DNA of 64,000 nt. Origin: Macrostomum lignano (Eukaryota). Location: the NCBI GenBank assembly GCA_002269645.1, contig NIVC01002719.1, positions 1 to 64,000 of the forward strand, given 5' to 3'. The position numbers and the translations under genes are program-made. Of the stretch, positions 63,325-64,000 are shown piece by piece (position 1 is the stretch's first letter; each line of letters starts with the position of its first letter). The notes below the pieces were generated by a model, which did not search any database, was not told the DNA's origin, and worked only from the letters and a program-made list of their open reading frames with translations.

Positions 63325-64000
63325 TAAGGGAATTTCTCTTTGTACTCTATTACTCTCTGCCTGCACTGTACTTGGGCCTCGCAACACACTGGAGGATCCC
63401 TCAACTTGGAGAGCTACCCTCTGGGGATCCACTAAAATCCCTCATTGGGGGTTGGGAGCTGCGGTAAAGTTTGACTGGAATTCTCTTTGTATGCGGTTTG
63501 TTACTCTACCTCCACTCTACATTGGGGCGGGATCCCTTCATCATTTGACACCCAGGAGCGCACTGTACATTGGGGGCGGTCTCTATTACTCTCTGCCTGC
63601 ATGCACTGTACTTGGGATCCCCCACAGTCCCTTGAATATAACCCTATTTGAGGCTCCATGGGAGGAATTCTCTTTGTATGCGGTCTGTTACTCTGCCCGC
63701 ACTGTGCAATGTGAGGGGTCCCTTGAATAATAAACCCTATTTGGAAGCCCCTGGCAGGAAAAACAGCTCTCCGCCCACACTGTACTAGGTGAGGAGTCCT
63801 AAACTCCCATTTGACACCTCGCCCCAACTGTACATTCTGGCGAGATCCCTTCAAGTGATAAAACACTCATTTGACACCTCAACCCCGGAGCGCACTGTAC
63901 TTGGGATCCCCCCTGAATATAACCCTATTTGTATGCGGTTACTCTGCCGTCACCGTACTTGGTAAGGGGTCCTTGATAACCCCCATTGGGGAGGAAAATA
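63325..64000. repeat. Degenerate 150-190-bp tandem repeats, possibly subterminal repeats of the PolB element; continues off the window
   Basis: ggaattctctttgtatgcggt at ~63478 and ~63664; cactgtacttggg and accctattt recur. Confidence 0.75.

Overview
Eukaryotic (metazoan-like) genomic DNA with GT-AG introns and no prokaryotic features. The Ala-rich proteins and dense minisatellites suggest a flatworm-like invertebrate, but this is unverified inference. Four host genes are present: a secreted C-type-lectin/discoidin-like multidomain gene (minus, 6370 to the left edge), an SVOP-like MFS transporter (plus), a synaptotagmin (minus) and a type II PIP kinase (PIP4K2-like, minus). They are interleaved with a decayed Gypsy gag-protease fragment, several MITEs with visible TIRs/TSDs, and a cluster of unrelated satellites (23-38 kb). 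A 9.1-kb MULE (NOF-FB-like transposase, 26-bp TIRs, 9-bp TSD) carries nested insertions. The last ~9 kb hold the most unusual locus: a Maverick/Polinton-type protein-primed DNA polymerase B gene with spliceosomal introns inside polymerase motifs A and B. It is paired head-to-head with a tandem PC4-like gene, joined through a repair-type scar to a spliced Ulp1-protease/PHD gene, and faces a convergent repeat-rich orphan ORF. No capsid, ATPase or integrase gene is visible in the window. All domain calls come from motif recognition by eye; no database searches were run.
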